The notes: generated by a model from the sequence alone, not told the origin. A stretch of DNA of 64,000 bases from Burkholderiales bacterium (GCA_038244115.1 JBBRTU010000008.1:32592-96591), one strand, 5' to 3'; positions 41,224 to 50,953 are shown, numbered from the stretch's first letter. Numbers and translations: made by a program.

Positions 41224-43335
41224 TCAGCGGATGCTGGCGCTGTCTTTCAAAATCTTGGGCGTGATAAAGATCAGCAGCTCAGACTTGTCATCCTGTTTGA
41301 CCGTGTTGCGGAACAAACCGCCCAGCAAGGGAAGATCGCCAAAACCTGGAACCTTATCTACGTCATTACGCTGGGTTTGCTCGTAAATACCGCCAAGAAC
41401 GGCTGTTTCGCCATTGTCGACCAGAATCTGAGTAGTGACCTTTCGCGTATCGATAGAGGGAACCCCGGCAAAAACATTACCCACTGAATCTTTCTTCACT
41501 TCAAGATCCATGATGACCTTGTCATCCGGGGTGATTTGTGGCGTGACGGAGAGGCTCAAAGTTGCGGATTTGAACGATACACTGGTAGCACCGCTACTGG
41601 TGGCCTGCTGGTAGGGAATTTCCGTACCCTGCTCGATAGTGGCCTTTTGCTTGTCGGCAGTAATAACCCGCGGGCTGGAGATGACCTTGCCGCGTTTGTC
41701 GGCTTCAAGGGCGGAAAGCTCAAGGTTAACTAGTGTGCCAGTGCCCAGACGCAACAGGGTTAGCGCAAAAGTGCCCGTCGCGCCATTAACTGGAAGGTTA
41801 ACGTTTAAATCGCCGCCGCCGCTTGGCGCGGTTCCTGCGGCAATGCCACTAGAACTGGTCAAGTTGCCAGAGGTTCCCGTTTGCAGATTGTTTGCGCGGC
41901 CTGGGGACTGTAACCCAAATCTTGCACCAAGCGCCTTGCTGAATTTGTCGTCCGCAATAACAATGCGCGACTCAATCATGACTTGTTTGAGCGGCACATC
42001 GACCTGCTGGATCAAGTGGCGCAGCTCATCCAGCTTGGCCGGGGTATCCTGGATGAACAAAGTGTTGGTGCGCGGATCGACCACAGCACTACCACGCTTG
42101 GATAGTATGCTTTGCTTCGCATCATTGAATACGTTGAGGAAGTTTTGCGCCTTCTGGTATTTGAGTGCAAATGACTCTGTATAGAGCGGTTCAAGTTCCT
42201 CGATTTGTTTCTTGGCTTCCAGGGCGAGCTTTTCTTTGGTAGCAAGTTCGTCCGATGGAGCGATCAGGATAACGTTGCCGGACTTGCGCATGGCTAGGCC
42301 CTTGCTTTGCAGGATGATGTCTAACGCCTGATCCCATGGCACGTCTTTCAAGCGTAGTGTGAGATTGCCGGTTACCGTGTCGCTGGTAATGATATTCAAC
42401 CCGGTGAAGTCCGCGATGACCTGGAGTACGGAGCGAACCTCTACGTTCTGGAAGTTGAGTGAAAGCTTGTCGCCGGAGTACTTGGGCTTGGCGCCTTGCG
42501 CGATTTTATTCGGGTCTTCGATTACCGGTTTTACTTCTACAATGAACTGATTGTCAGTTTGGTAGGCGGAATGTTCCCACAAGCCTTTGGGCTCAATCAC
42601 CAGGCGGGTGTTGTTGCCTTGCGAAAAGGCGTCTACCGTCTGCACCGGCGTGCCGAAATCCAGCACGTCAAGACGGCGTTGCAGGTTTGCCGGCAACCCG
42701 GCATTGATGAAATCAACAACAATATTTTTTCCCTGCTGACGAATATCGATACCGGTAGTTGCGTCCGAGAGGGTTATAACAACACGGCCTTCCCCATTTT
42801 TGCCACGGCGGAAATCAATGTCTTGAACGCCATGTTTGGCTGCTGTTGCGGGCTTGGATTCGGCGAAGCGCGCTGTGACATTGCTGCTTGAAGCGGCGGA
42901 TTCTGCTCCCTGAAGTGTGACCAATAGGTATTTGTCTTCTATGCGAGTTTCATACTGCACTGGCTTGTTAAGGTTCAACACCAAACGGGTACGGTTGCCT
43001 GCTTGCACAATATTAAGGCTTCGCAGCGGATCCTCCCCGATGTTGAGGGAGCTCTTACCCAAACCGTTGCTGGTGTTGGGGAAATCCAGAGCGATACGCG
43101 GCGGGTTGCTAATGGTAAAACCGGCGGGTGTCGTTTGTAGAGCTTGCTTCATGCCCAGTTTGAGCATGATTTTCCCGCCCTGAGTGGTGGCGTAATCGAT
43201 ACTCTCAATGCTGTTGGCGGCTTCCGCTGTTTGTGTGACGGCGGCAGTCCTGGATTCCTCGGCGAAAGAACAGGGAGCGGCCAGCATCAACGCAAGCACG
43301 GCAGTGAGGGGGATAAAATGGCTAGTGTTTTTCAT
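41224..43335 (-). CDS. pilQ: Type IV pilus secretin PilQ
   Basis: 703-aa ORF with a signal peptide, N-terminal AMIN-type repeats and a C-terminal secretin domain (GVPGFGDLPLLGGLFR, LLIFITPKIL). Last gene of pilMNOPQ. Confidence 0.95.
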   Translation of the reverse strand: MKNTSHFIPLTAVLALMLAAPCSFAEESRTAAVTQTAEAANSIESIDYATTQGGKIMLKLGMKQALQTTPAGFTISNPPRIALDFPNTSNGLGKSSLNIGEDPLRSLNIVQAGNRTRLVLNLNKPVQYETRIEDKYLLVTLQGAESAASSSNVTARFAESKPATAAKHGVQDIDFRRGKNGEGRVVITLSDATTGIDIRQQGKNIVVDFINAGLPANLQRRLDVLDFGTPVQTVDAFSQGNNTRLVIEPKGLWEHSAYQTDNQFIVEVKPVIEDPNKIAQGAKPKYSGDKLSLNFQNVEVRSVLQVIADFTGLNIITSDTVTGNLTLRLKDVPWDQALDIILQSKGLAMRKSGNVILIAPSDELATKEKLALEAKKQIEELEPLYTESFALKYQKAQNFLNVFNDAKQSILSKRGSAVVDPRTNTLFIQDTPAKLDELRHLIQQVDVPLKQVMIESRIVIADDKFSKALGARFGLQSPGRANNLQTGTSGNLTSSSGIAAGTAPSGGGDLNVNLPVNGATGTFALTLLRLGTGTLVNLELSALEADKRGKVISSPRVITADKQKATIEQGTEIPYQQATSSGATSVSFKSATLSLSVTPQITPDDKVIMDLEVKKDSVGNVFAGVPSIDTRKVTTQILVDNGETAVLGGIYEQTQRNDVDKVPGFGDLPLLGGLFRNTVKQDDKSELLIFITPKILKDSASIR

Positions 43336-43350
43336 GGTGACCTCTGCAAG

Positions 43351-43848
43351 CTACTCTAGCAAGGGAAGGGCGGACATTTTTTCGATCCAGTCCCCACCGC
43401 TGTCCTGAATAATTTCTTTCAATGAAATTTCTGTATCGGTGATCTGGGTAATGACGCCGAAATTCTGACCCATGTGATTACCTTGTTTGACACGGTAGAG
43501 CGTGTTGTCAGGTGTTTTGATAAGCGCATAGGTAACGTTGTTTTGCCGTAAAGTGCCAACCATCTTCAGGCCTTCCATCGGGTAGGCTTCCAGCGTTTCC
43601 TTCGGACGATTTAAATCGGGCTGGTTGGCGCCGCCCTTAACTGGCTGTAATTTGCGCGGTTTAAAAGGGTCGGGAATTTCAAAAGCATTGTAAACGAAGG
43701 GCTCATAGGGTTTAACTTCGGGCAACGGCTCTACCTTGCCACGCATATCTTGTCCGGCATTGTTAACAAACTTTTCCAAATCCTCAAACTGGTTGCCAAC
43801 GCAGCCGGTTACCATTAGAACAATCGGAATGACAAGAGCCAGCTTCAT
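43351..43848 (-). CDS. pilP: Type IV pilus assembly lipoprotein PilP
   Basis: 165-aa ORF with lipobox LMVTGC, in the pilP position of the pil operon. Confidence 0.88.
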   Translation of the reverse strand: MKLALVIPIVLMVTGCVGNQFEDLEKFVNNAGQDMRGKVEPLPEVKPYEPFVYNAFEIPDPFKPRKLQPVKGGANQPDLNRPKETLEAYPMEGLKMVGTLRQNNVTYALIKTPDNTLYRVKQGNHMGQNFGVITQITDTEISLKEIIQDSGGDWIEKMSALPLLE

Positions 43849-44477
43849 TTCTTCTGCCCCTTCTCATCTTTTTTGGAGGCCTTTTTCTGCGCTGAAATTT
43901 CTTCTTCGTCCAGATAACGGAAGGTTTTGGCGACGACATCCATAACCAAATTATCTTTGCCAGCGGTAATGCTAATATTGTTCAGGGTGACGATGCGCGA
44001 CAAGAGGGAAACGTCGCTGGCAAACGCGCCCAAGTCGTGGTAGCCGCCGGTTAACCGGATGGTAATCGGCAGCTCGGCATAAAACTCTGTCTGAGTTTCA
44101 CTAGAGGCGGGCTTAAATAGATCAATTTGCAGACCACGCCCAAGGCCCGCCTGGTTGATATCCGTAAGCAGTGCTTCCATTTCAGATTTGTTGGGCAACT
44201 GTTTGAGTAATGCACCGAAAGATTGTTCAATGTCCTTTAGTTGCTGCTTATATGTTTCCAGATTGATAGCCTGTTTTTTCTTGCTGAGGAAAGTCTCCCT
44301 TAGCTTTACCTCTTTTTGCTGTTCAGCATCCAATTCGGAAAGTTGAGTGCTCCACACGAACCAATAGCCGGCAAAAAGGATGCTGGCAAAAAGGATGAGC
44401 ATGGCAACGACCTTGGGTAGCACCGGCCAGTTGGGGATATCCTTAATATTGAGATTGTTCAGGTCGTCCAGCGTCAT
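43845..44477 (-). CDS. pilO: Type IV pilus assembly protein PilO
   Basis: 210-aa bitopic ORF (TM LPKVVAMLILFASILFAGYWFVW followed by a coiled coil). Overlaps pilN and pilP by 4 nt. Confidence 0.88.
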   Translation of the reverse strand: MTLDDLNNLNIKDIPNWPVLPKVVAMLILFASILFAGYWFVWSTQLSELDAEQQKEVKLRETFLSKKKQAINLETYKQQLKDIEQSFGALLKQLPNKSEMEALLTDINQAGLGRGLQIDLFKPASSETQTEFYAELPITIRLTGGYHDLGAFASDVSLLSRIVTLNNISITAGKDNLVMDVVAKTFRYLDEEEISAQKKASKKDEKGQKK

Positions 44478-45076
44478 GCTTTTCCACCCTTCGCTTTTCC
44501 TGAGGGCATTGTTTTAGCACCAGTGCCGTCAGCCTTTGGTTGCGTAAGCTTGACGTTAAGAGAGAACTCGTTAGCACGTACCCCATTTACCGTGGCGGCA
44601 TGGATTTCTACCAGCGCAGGCGCTTCTAGCCAAGGCGATGCCTCCAGGTTGCGCATCAAGGTGGATACACGGGCGTTAGATTGCGCATAGCCTTGGATGT
44701 TGACGCTGTCGCCGGACTGTTTTATGCCTTTGAGGTAAACTCCCTCGGGCAATTGCCGAGCCAGTTGGTCAAGCAGATGAACCGCTTGAGCCCGGTTGCT
44801 TTGCAGTGCTTCTACGACTTTTTTTCGGGACAGCAGCGCTTGAGTTTGCTCCTTGAGCTTTTTTATCTCCTCGATTTGCTTGTCGAGTTTGGTTGTTTCA
44901 CTTTCCAGGTAGTGATTTCTACGATCCTGGTTTTCTTTCATGCCCGCAATGATTGAAAATACGAGCAGCACGGTAACAGCTGCAATAACAGCGACACCGA
45001 GCAGCATGAAATTGAACTGACGCATGCGCGCCGCACGTTTCAGCTCTCTGTGGGGTAACAGGTTAATGCGGATCAT
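44474..45076 (-). CDS. pilN: Type IV pilus assembly protein PilN
   Basis: 200-aa ORF with the conserved N-terminus MIRINLLPHRE, one TM helix and a coiled coil. Confidence 0.9.
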   Translation of the reverse strand: MIRINLLPHRELKRAARMRQFNFMLLGVAVIAAVTVLLVFSIIAGMKENQDRRNHYLESETTKLDKQIEEIKKLKEQTQALLSRKKVVEALQSNRAQAVHLLDQLARQLPEGVYLKGIKQSGDSVNIQGYAQSNARVSTLMRNLEASPWLEAPALVEIHAATVNGVRANEFSLNVKLTQPKADGTGAKTMPSGKAKGGKA

Positions 45077-46149
45077 GACGGATCAAACCTTCGCATGGCC
45101 AGTCCGCAAGCGATGATTAGCGCAGGTGCATCGGCGGCAAGTTGGCGCGGTTTGATGCGTTGCGATAACGCCATGTTTGCGAATGGGTTTGCAATCATGG
45201 TGCTAACCTGGGTGCGGCTTGAGACGGTTTCGTCGAGGCCTTGAATCATGGCGCAGCCACCCGCGAGCAGAATGTGGTCTACGCGGTTATATTGGGTGGA
45301 GGAGAAGAAGAATTGCAGGGCCCGGGCCACTTCCAGAGCAAGGGTGTCCATAAACGGTTGCAGTACTTCGGGTTCGTAGTTTTCAGGCAAGCCGCCATTA
45401 CGCTTGGCCAAATCTGCTTCTTCGGCCGACAGGCTGTAGCGGCGTTGAATTTCCTGGGTAAGCTGGTTGCCACCGAATGATTGTTCCCGCTGATAAATCG
45501 ATTGATTATTATGCAGAACGTTGATATGCATCATGGATGCGCCGATATCCACGATCGCTACGATTTGCTCCTTGCCGCCATTAGGCAGCTGCCGCGCAAT
45601 CAACTCATATGCCGACTGGGTAGCAAAGGCTTCCACATCCATCACGACAGCTTTGAGAGCCGATGCCTCTGCCGCAGCAACACGGTCTTCCACTTTTTCT
45701 TTGCGCGAGGCAGCAATTAACACTTCAACTTCATCAGGGCTGCTTGGTGCGGAGCCCAGCACCTGGAAATCCAGATTCACTTCATCTAATGCGAAAGGGA
45801 TATATTGATTGGCCTCGGTTTCAACTTGCAGCTCTAACTCGTTCTCATGCAAACCGGCAGGAACAATAATTTTTTTGCTGATTACTGCAGCAGAGGGCAA
45901 AGCCAGCGCAACGTTTTTAATGCGCGTACCAAGCTTTTTCCAGGCGCGTCGCATGGTTTCGCTAACGACTTCCAGGTTGGCGATGTTACCGTCCACTACA
46001 GCGTCTTTGGGCAGGGGTTCAATAGCGTATCGCTCAACACGGTATAGATTTTTGCCCGCGTCGGCAATTTCCACCATTTTGATGGCCGACGAGCTGATGT
46101 CGACCCCAATCAGGGGGGGTGATTTCGCTTTGAGGAGATCGAGCAACAA
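45073..46149 (-). CDS. pilM: Type IV pilus assembly ATPase-fold protein PilM
   Basis: 358-aa actin-like ORF (IGVDISSSAIKMVEI, DIGASMMHINV). TTG start; no ATG nearby. Confidence 0.9.
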   Translation of the reverse strand: MLLDLLKAKSPPLIGVDISSSAIKMVEIADAGKNLYRVERYAIEPLPKDAVVDGNIANLEVVSETMRRAWKKLGTRIKNVALALPSAAVISKKIIVPAGLHENELELQVETEANQYIPFALDEVNLDFQVLGSAPSSPDEVEVLIAASRKEKVEDRVAAAEASALKAVVMDVEAFATQSAYELIARQLPNGGKEQIVAIVDIGASMMHINVLHNNQSIYQREQSFGGNQLTQEIQRRYSLSAEEADLAKRNGGLPENYEPEVLQPFMDTLALEVARALQFFFSSTQYNRVDHILLAGGCAMIQGLDETVSSRTQVSTMIANPFANMALSQRIKPRQLAADAPALIIACGLAMRRFDPS

Positions 46150-46174
46150 ATAGAAATCCTTTTTTATAAGGCGG

Positions 46175-46205
46175 TTACATTAGATATGCATAATTTACAT
46201 TAGAT
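46175..46205. repeat. Direct repeat TTACATTAGAT x2 (20-bp phase) in the pilM/mrcA divergent promoter region
   Basis: An identical 11-mer at 46175-46185 and 46195-46205, flanking ATGCAT. Possible regulator binding site. Confidence 0.3.
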
Positions 46206-46344
46206 GCTAGCAACAACTGTATACCGTGTAAAGCAAATTATTTCAAATTACGTTTAAGTAACACGCTTTTTTTCGTCTAAGACTTGTTAGCGTTTATAAT
46301 GGCTATAACTTTAGCTCATTTTCTTCTTGCATAATCATTAATAA

Positions 46345-48672
46345 ATGTTTACCCGCTGGTGGCACTACCTAGCCGCAACGCTGCTGGGGTTCGGAGTGTT
46401 CGCCGCGATCCTGGCAATGCTGGCCGCGATCCTGGTCTACCCCACCCTGCCTTCCCTCGAGGCGTTAACCGACTATAAACCAAAAGTACCCTTGCGGGTA
46501 TATACGGCTGAGGGCGCATTAATTGGCGAGTTTGGCGAGGAGCGCCGTGCGCTGGTCAGGGTAGGGGCAGTGCCGCTGTTAATGAAGCAGGCTATTCTGG
46601 CCGCTGAGGATGAACGTTTTTACCAGCACGGTGGTGTAGATTATTTGGGCGTGGCGCGCGCTGCATTTGCCAATGTGGTATCTGGTGGGGCACGTGAGGG
46701 CGCCAGTACCATCACTATGCAGGTGGCGCGCAATTTCTTTTTGTCTAGCGAAAAGACATTGATGCGTAAATTTAGCGAAGCTTTGCTTGCGCTTAAGATC
46801 GAGCATAGCCTTAGCAAAGACCAAATACTGGAGCTGTACCTCAACCAGATCTATCTTGGGCAACGCGCCTATGGTTTCGCCTCTGCGTCCCAAACCTACT
46901 TTGGTAAATCCCTTAACGAGATAAATGTCGCCGAGATGGCCATGCTTGCCGGGCTGCCCAAGGCGCCGTCTCGGTATAACCCCGTCGTTAATTACAAACG
47001 GGCCAAGACCCGTCAGCTTTATGTTTTGCATCGCATGCACGAACTCAAGTTCATCAACGATGCGCAATATCAGCAGGCCGAAAAACAACATTTGACGGTT
47101 CGCCACCAATCACAGGTGTTCGCTGTGAATGGTGATTATGTGGCGGAAATGGTGCGGCAAGAGATGTTCAACCGTTATAAAGATGCTGCCTACACAAATG
47201 GGTATAGCGTTTATACAACGCTGCGGCGGCAAGATCAGGAGGCGGCCAACCAAGCCATCTGGCGCGGGGTTATGGATTATGACAAACGGCATGGTTACCG
47301 GGGGCCGGAGGATTTTGTTGAGCTTCCCAAGGAAAGCCAGGGCTTAGAGGAAGTGCTCGACGACGCACTGCAAGAAGTGGATGAGTTTAATGGGCTATTG
47401 CCAGCGGTAGTGGTGGCGGTGAGTCAGAAAAGCGTGCGTGTTTATCACAAACAGGGCGAGTATGTTGATATTAGCGGTGACGGCTTGCGATTCGTGCAGC
47501 GATTCTTGGTTGACTCGAGTGATCCTAAGCGCCACATCAGGCGTGGTGCCTTGGTTCGAGTGGCAAAGAATGAAAATGACGAACATTGGCAAATTGTCCA
47601 ACTGCCTCAAGTAGAGGCGGCTTTCGTTTCTCTCAACCCTAGCGACGGGGCCATTCGCTCCCTGGTCGGCGGTTTCGATTTCGACCGCAGCAAGTTCAAC
47701 CACGTAGTTCAAGCCTGGCGTCAGCCGGGCTCCAGTTTTAAGCCGTTTATTTATTCGGCCGCTTTGGAAAAGGGATTTACAGCAGCGACGGTGATTAATG
47801 ATGCGCCGCTCACATTTGATGATGGTAGCGGGACGCCGTGGCAACCACAAAATTATGATGGTGATTTTGCCGGGCCGATTCGTCTGCGCACCGCGTTAAC
47901 CAAGTCGAAGAATCTTGTCGCTATCCGCATTCTTCAAGCTATCGGGGTGGAATATGCGCGGGATTATATTACCCGTTTTGGCTTCGACGCCAAGCAACAC
48001 CCGCCCTATCTGACCATGGCGTTGGGGGCGGGGTCGGTTACGCCATGGCAGATGGCTAGTGCCTATGCAGTTTTTGCCAATGGCGGCTACCGTGTTACGC
48101 CTTACTACATTGACCGTATTCTGGATTCGCATGGCAATTTATTGGCTCGAACCAAACCGGTGCTTGCCGGGGGAGGGGCGGAACGGGCCATAGATCCTCG
48201 CAATGCTTTTATCATGAACACTTTGCTCCAAGATGTTGTGCGCCGTGGCACTGCGGCACGCGCCATGCAACTTGGCCGACATGATTTGGCCGGTAAAACT
48301 GGGACTACCAATGATCAGGTTGATGCCTGGTTTACGGGATTTCAGCCTTCGCTAGTGGCGATTGCCTGGATTGGTTTTGACCAGCCGCGCTCTCTGGGTG
48401 GGGCAGAAACAGGGGCGCAAGCCGCATTGCCTATATGGATGAATTACATGGGAAAAACGCTTAAAGGGGTACCCGAAGCCGTCTTCCCTGTGCCGGAAGG
48501 GATAGCCATAGTAAAAATTGACGCTCAGACAGGATTTCCTGTGCCGGAAGGGCAAGAGGGATTAGCGGAATATTTCTACCAGGAAAGCGTTCCAGCTGCT
48601 CAGGCTGGTGGCGGGTTAAGCGGTGGTGCAGGGGGAAAGCCCGCAGAAGAAGTAAAAGATCAGCTTTTCTAA
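46345..48672 (+). CDS. mrcA: Penicillin-binding protein 1A (bifunctional glycosyltransferase/transpeptidase)
   Basis: 775-aa ORF with GT51 motifs (EDERFYQHGGVD, GASTITMQVARN, RKFSEALLALKIE) and transpeptidase motifs SSFKP, SKN and KTGTT. Divergent from pilM, as in many proteobacteria. Confidence 0.95.
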   Translation: MFTRWWHYLAATLLGFGVFAAILAMLAAILVYPTLPSLEALTDYKPKVPLRVYTAEGALIGEFGEERRALVRVGAVPLLMKQAILAAEDERFYQHGGVDYLGVARAAFANVVSGGAREGASTITMQVARNFFLSSEKTLMRKFSEALLALKIEHSLSKDQILELYLNQIYLGQRAYGFASASQTYFGKSLNEINVAEMAMLAGLPKAPSRYNPVVNYKRAKTRQLYVLHRMHELKFINDAQYQQAEKQHLTVRHQSQVFAVNGDYVAEMVRQEMFNRYKDAAYTNGYSVYTTLRRQDQEAANQAIWRGVMDYDKRHGYRGPEDFVELPKESQGLEEVLDDALQEVDEFNGLLPAVVVAVSQKSVRVYHKQGEYVDISGDGLRFVQRFLVDSSDPKRHIRRGALVRVAKNENDEHWQIVQLPQVEAAFVSLNPSDGAIRSLVGGFDFDRSKFNHVVQAWRQPGSSFKPFIYSAALEKGFTAATVINDAPLTFDDGSGTPWQPQNYDGDFAGPIRLRTALTKSKNLVAIRILQAIGVEYARDYITRFGFDAKQHPPYLTMALGAGSVTPWQMASAYAVFANGGYRVTPYYIDRILDSHGNLLARTKPVLAGGGAERAIDPRNAFIMNTLLQDVVRRGTAARAMQLGRHDLAGKTGTTNDQVDAWFTGFQPSLVAIAWIGFDQPRSLGGAETGAQAALPIWMNYMGKTLKGVPEAVFPVPEGIAIVKIDAQTGFPVPEGQEGLAEYFYQESVPAAQAGGGLSGGAGGKPAEEVKDQLF

Positions 48673-49333
48673 GTTTGGCCAGTAACGGTGACGAAAACTT
48701 TTGACCCGAAACGTAAACATGATCGGGAGCGATAGCTAATTTGGCGGCAAGACAAATGGCGCAAGAGGATATCGAAAATTTTTCCAGAGCCTAACGTAAG
48801 GCAGCGCGCCAACAAGAAGGAAGCGATGCCAATTGTCTACCGTGTAATTCAGAAATTGAACTGGCATTACGCCAATATCACGCGGTTTATCGACCAGAAG
48901 AACAACGGAGTTGTATCAGAGTGCTACGGTCGTTGGCTGCGCACAAGATTGCGTACGGATGGGGCAAAGGGGTTTATGTTTGGCGGTTTTGCCGCATCCG
49001 TTCCGACCCCTAGAAGATGAAAATGCCTTGGTAGAGATCACCGTGATGGCACCGGAGGAGTGGCGAGCATTGCCTCGTGGCCACTTCCACGGACAGGTCT
49101 GGGTTAAGCTGCAACAGGTGGAAGCACCTTCTGGCGCAGGAAGAGGCCGAGAGTTTGATTAATTAAGGGATAATTTCCAGGTATGCGGATAAAATCCAGA
49201 GAGCATTCGCCAAAAGTTCGACACCGCAGTTGAGAAAGCGACACGGTTTTAATTCGTTTTTATCTTGTTTCTGCCTTCAAGCAATCACATAAACACGTTC
49301 CACAGGCTGCTCTAGGATGCTGTGCGCATAGTC

Positions 49334-49349
49334 TGGCACGGAATCTGCT
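49334..49349 (+). promoter_or_regulatory. Near-consensus sigma-54 (-24/-12) promoter TGGCACGGAATCTGCT
   Basis: Differs from TGGCACG-N4-TTGCW at a single position (C for the first T of TTGC), with correct GG-N10-GC spacing. It lies 158 nt upstream of the sugar-transferase ATG, and a sigma-54 activator (prsR) is encoded in the same cluster. Confidence 0.6.
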
Positions 49350-49365
49350 CTGGTCATGGGCACCC

Positions 49366-49381
49366 TGGCAAACATATCGCA
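49366..49381 (+). promoter_or_regulatory. Second, weaker sigma-54-like element TGGCAAACATATCGCA
   Basis: GG-N10-GC spacing is conserved, with 3 mismatches outside the GG/GC cores. 32 bp downstream of the first element. Confidence 0.25.
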
Positions 49382-49506
49382 GCCCAAATGAATCAAGCCT
49401 TAAAAAGTCTTATGAGCCAAGTAATAAAGATGAACGAATATGCCTATACGCATGCCATGCAACAGCTAGCATTGAAGAGTATTGCTATCATGGGGAAGCA
49501 ACGATC

Positions 49507-50904
49507 ATGATTCGATTTTTCAGACACTACATCCCTGCTCATATCTTATTGCTAGTCGCTTTGGAAGCGCTAATCATGGTCGTATCCGTTTATCTGGGCG
49601 TAACAACCCGATTTTTTGATACAGGACAGGCGCTACCGGTATCAGTGGATCCGTTGTTACCCAAAGCGATAGTGTTTGCGCTAGTCATGCTGCTGACTAT
49701 GACTTCGTTGGGTCTTTATCACTGGGAGTGGATAGATGGTGCTTGGGGAATGGTATTGCGCATGACGATGAGTTTTGTCGTTGGGTTTGGCGTGATGAGC
49801 TTACTCTTTTATTTGTTTCCCTCGCTATTTCTTGGGCGCGGCGCATTCCTGATTTCTTGCGGGGTGGCGTTGAGCGGTGTTGGGCTAACGCGGCTGTCAT
49901 TTTTTAAATGGGCGAATTTGGACGCGCTAAAACGCCGTACGCTGGTACTTGGTACCGGAAGCCGCGCTGCCAAAGTCGAGGCCTTGCTAAAGGCAGGCGC
50001 TGGCGAAAAGAGATTGCACATTGTTGGATATTTACCATTGCAGGGCACGCACCATTATGTTGAGCATTCGCGCGTATTGCCCGACGAAGATTCGATCCTC
50101 AGCGTGGTCGACAAATACAATATCGACGAGATTGTTATTGCTGTGCGTGACCGTCGTGGTGGCGGGTTGCCAATCAGCGAGTTGTTGGAATGTAAACTAC
50201 GCGGAATTAATGTGATTGAATTATCCGGTTTTTTTGAGCGCGAAGTCGGCCAGTTGCAGCTTGAGTCATTGAATGCGAGCTGGATGATATTGTCCGAAGG
50301 ATTTCACCAAGGCTTAATACGGGATACGGTTAAACGTGTATTCGACTTGGTAATGAGCGGTGTGGTGTTGGCTGTATCGCTACCCGTAATCATTGTAACG
50401 GGCCTCGCTATCCGATTGGAAAGCAACGGGCCGGTGTTATATCGCCAGGAGCGGGTTGGTCAAAATGGAAAGCAATTTACTATTTTCAAGTTCCGTAGCA
50501 TGCGTGAAGATGCTGAGGCAGATGGCATGCCGCAATGGGCAGACGCCAATGATAGCCGTGTGACAAAAGTTGGACGGATTATCCGTAAACTACGCATCGA
50601 CGAGTTACCCCAACTGTTTAATGTGTTTATGGGGGAAATGAGTTTTGTTGGACCCCGTCCAGAAAGAGCTTTTTTTGTCGAAAAGTTAAATCAGGAAATT
50701 CCTTACTTTGGTTGCCGGCATAGTGTTAAACCAGGCATTACCGGTTGGGCACAAGTTCGCTATCAATATGGCGCAAGCATTGAGGATGCCATCGAAAAAT
50801 TGCAATATGACCTGTATTATGTGAAGAATCACAGCCTGTTTTTGGATTTAATGATAATGTTTCAAACCGCGCAAGTAGTGCTTTGGGGGCGCGGGGCGCG
50901 GTAA
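49507..50904 (+). CDS. PEP-CTERM-system-associated priming sugar transferase (EpsB/WbaP-like polyprenyl-phosphate glycosyl-1-phosphate transferase)
   Basis: 465-aa ORF with an N-terminal multi-TM region (MIRFFRHYIPAHILLLVALEALIMV) and the bacterial sugar transferase core PVLYRQERVGQNGKQFTIFKFRSM...DELPQLFNVFMGEMSFVGPRPER. Directly precedes prsK/prsR/prsT. Confidence 0.85.
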   Translation: MIRFFRHYIPAHILLLVALEALIMVVSVYLGVTTRFFDTGQALPVSVDPLLPKAIVFALVMLLTMTSLGLYHWEWIDGAWGMVLRMTMSFVVGFGVMSLLFYLFPSLFLGRGAFLISCGVALSGVGLTRLSFFKWANLDALKRRTLVLGTGSRAAKVEALLKAGAGEKRLHIVGYLPLQGTHHYVEHSRVLPDEDSILSVVDKYNIDEIVIAVRDRRGGGLPISELLECKLRGINVIELSGFFEREVGQLQLESLNASWMILSEGFHQGLIRDTVKRVFDLVMSGVVLAVSLPVIIVTGLAIRLESNGPVLYRQERVGQNGKQFTIFKFRSMREDAEADGMPQWADANDSRVTKVGRIIRKLRIDELPQLFNVFMGEMSFVGPRPERAFFVEKLNQEIPYFGCRHSVKPGITGWAQVRYQYGASIEDAIEKLQYDLYYVKNHSLFLDLMIMFQTAQVVLWGRGAR

Positions 50905-50953
50905 CTCGCAACCAAAACGAAATTCTCGCCCCAAGTGAGGGGCGCACAATATA

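Noticed and set aside
50926-50944. A short GC hairpin (CGCCCC-aagtga-GGGGCG) between the sugar transferase gene and prsK.
   Set aside because: It has a 6-bp stem with no following T-run, so it is not a convincing terminator. It may be an mRNA processing or stability element, but I cannot support that from the sequence.
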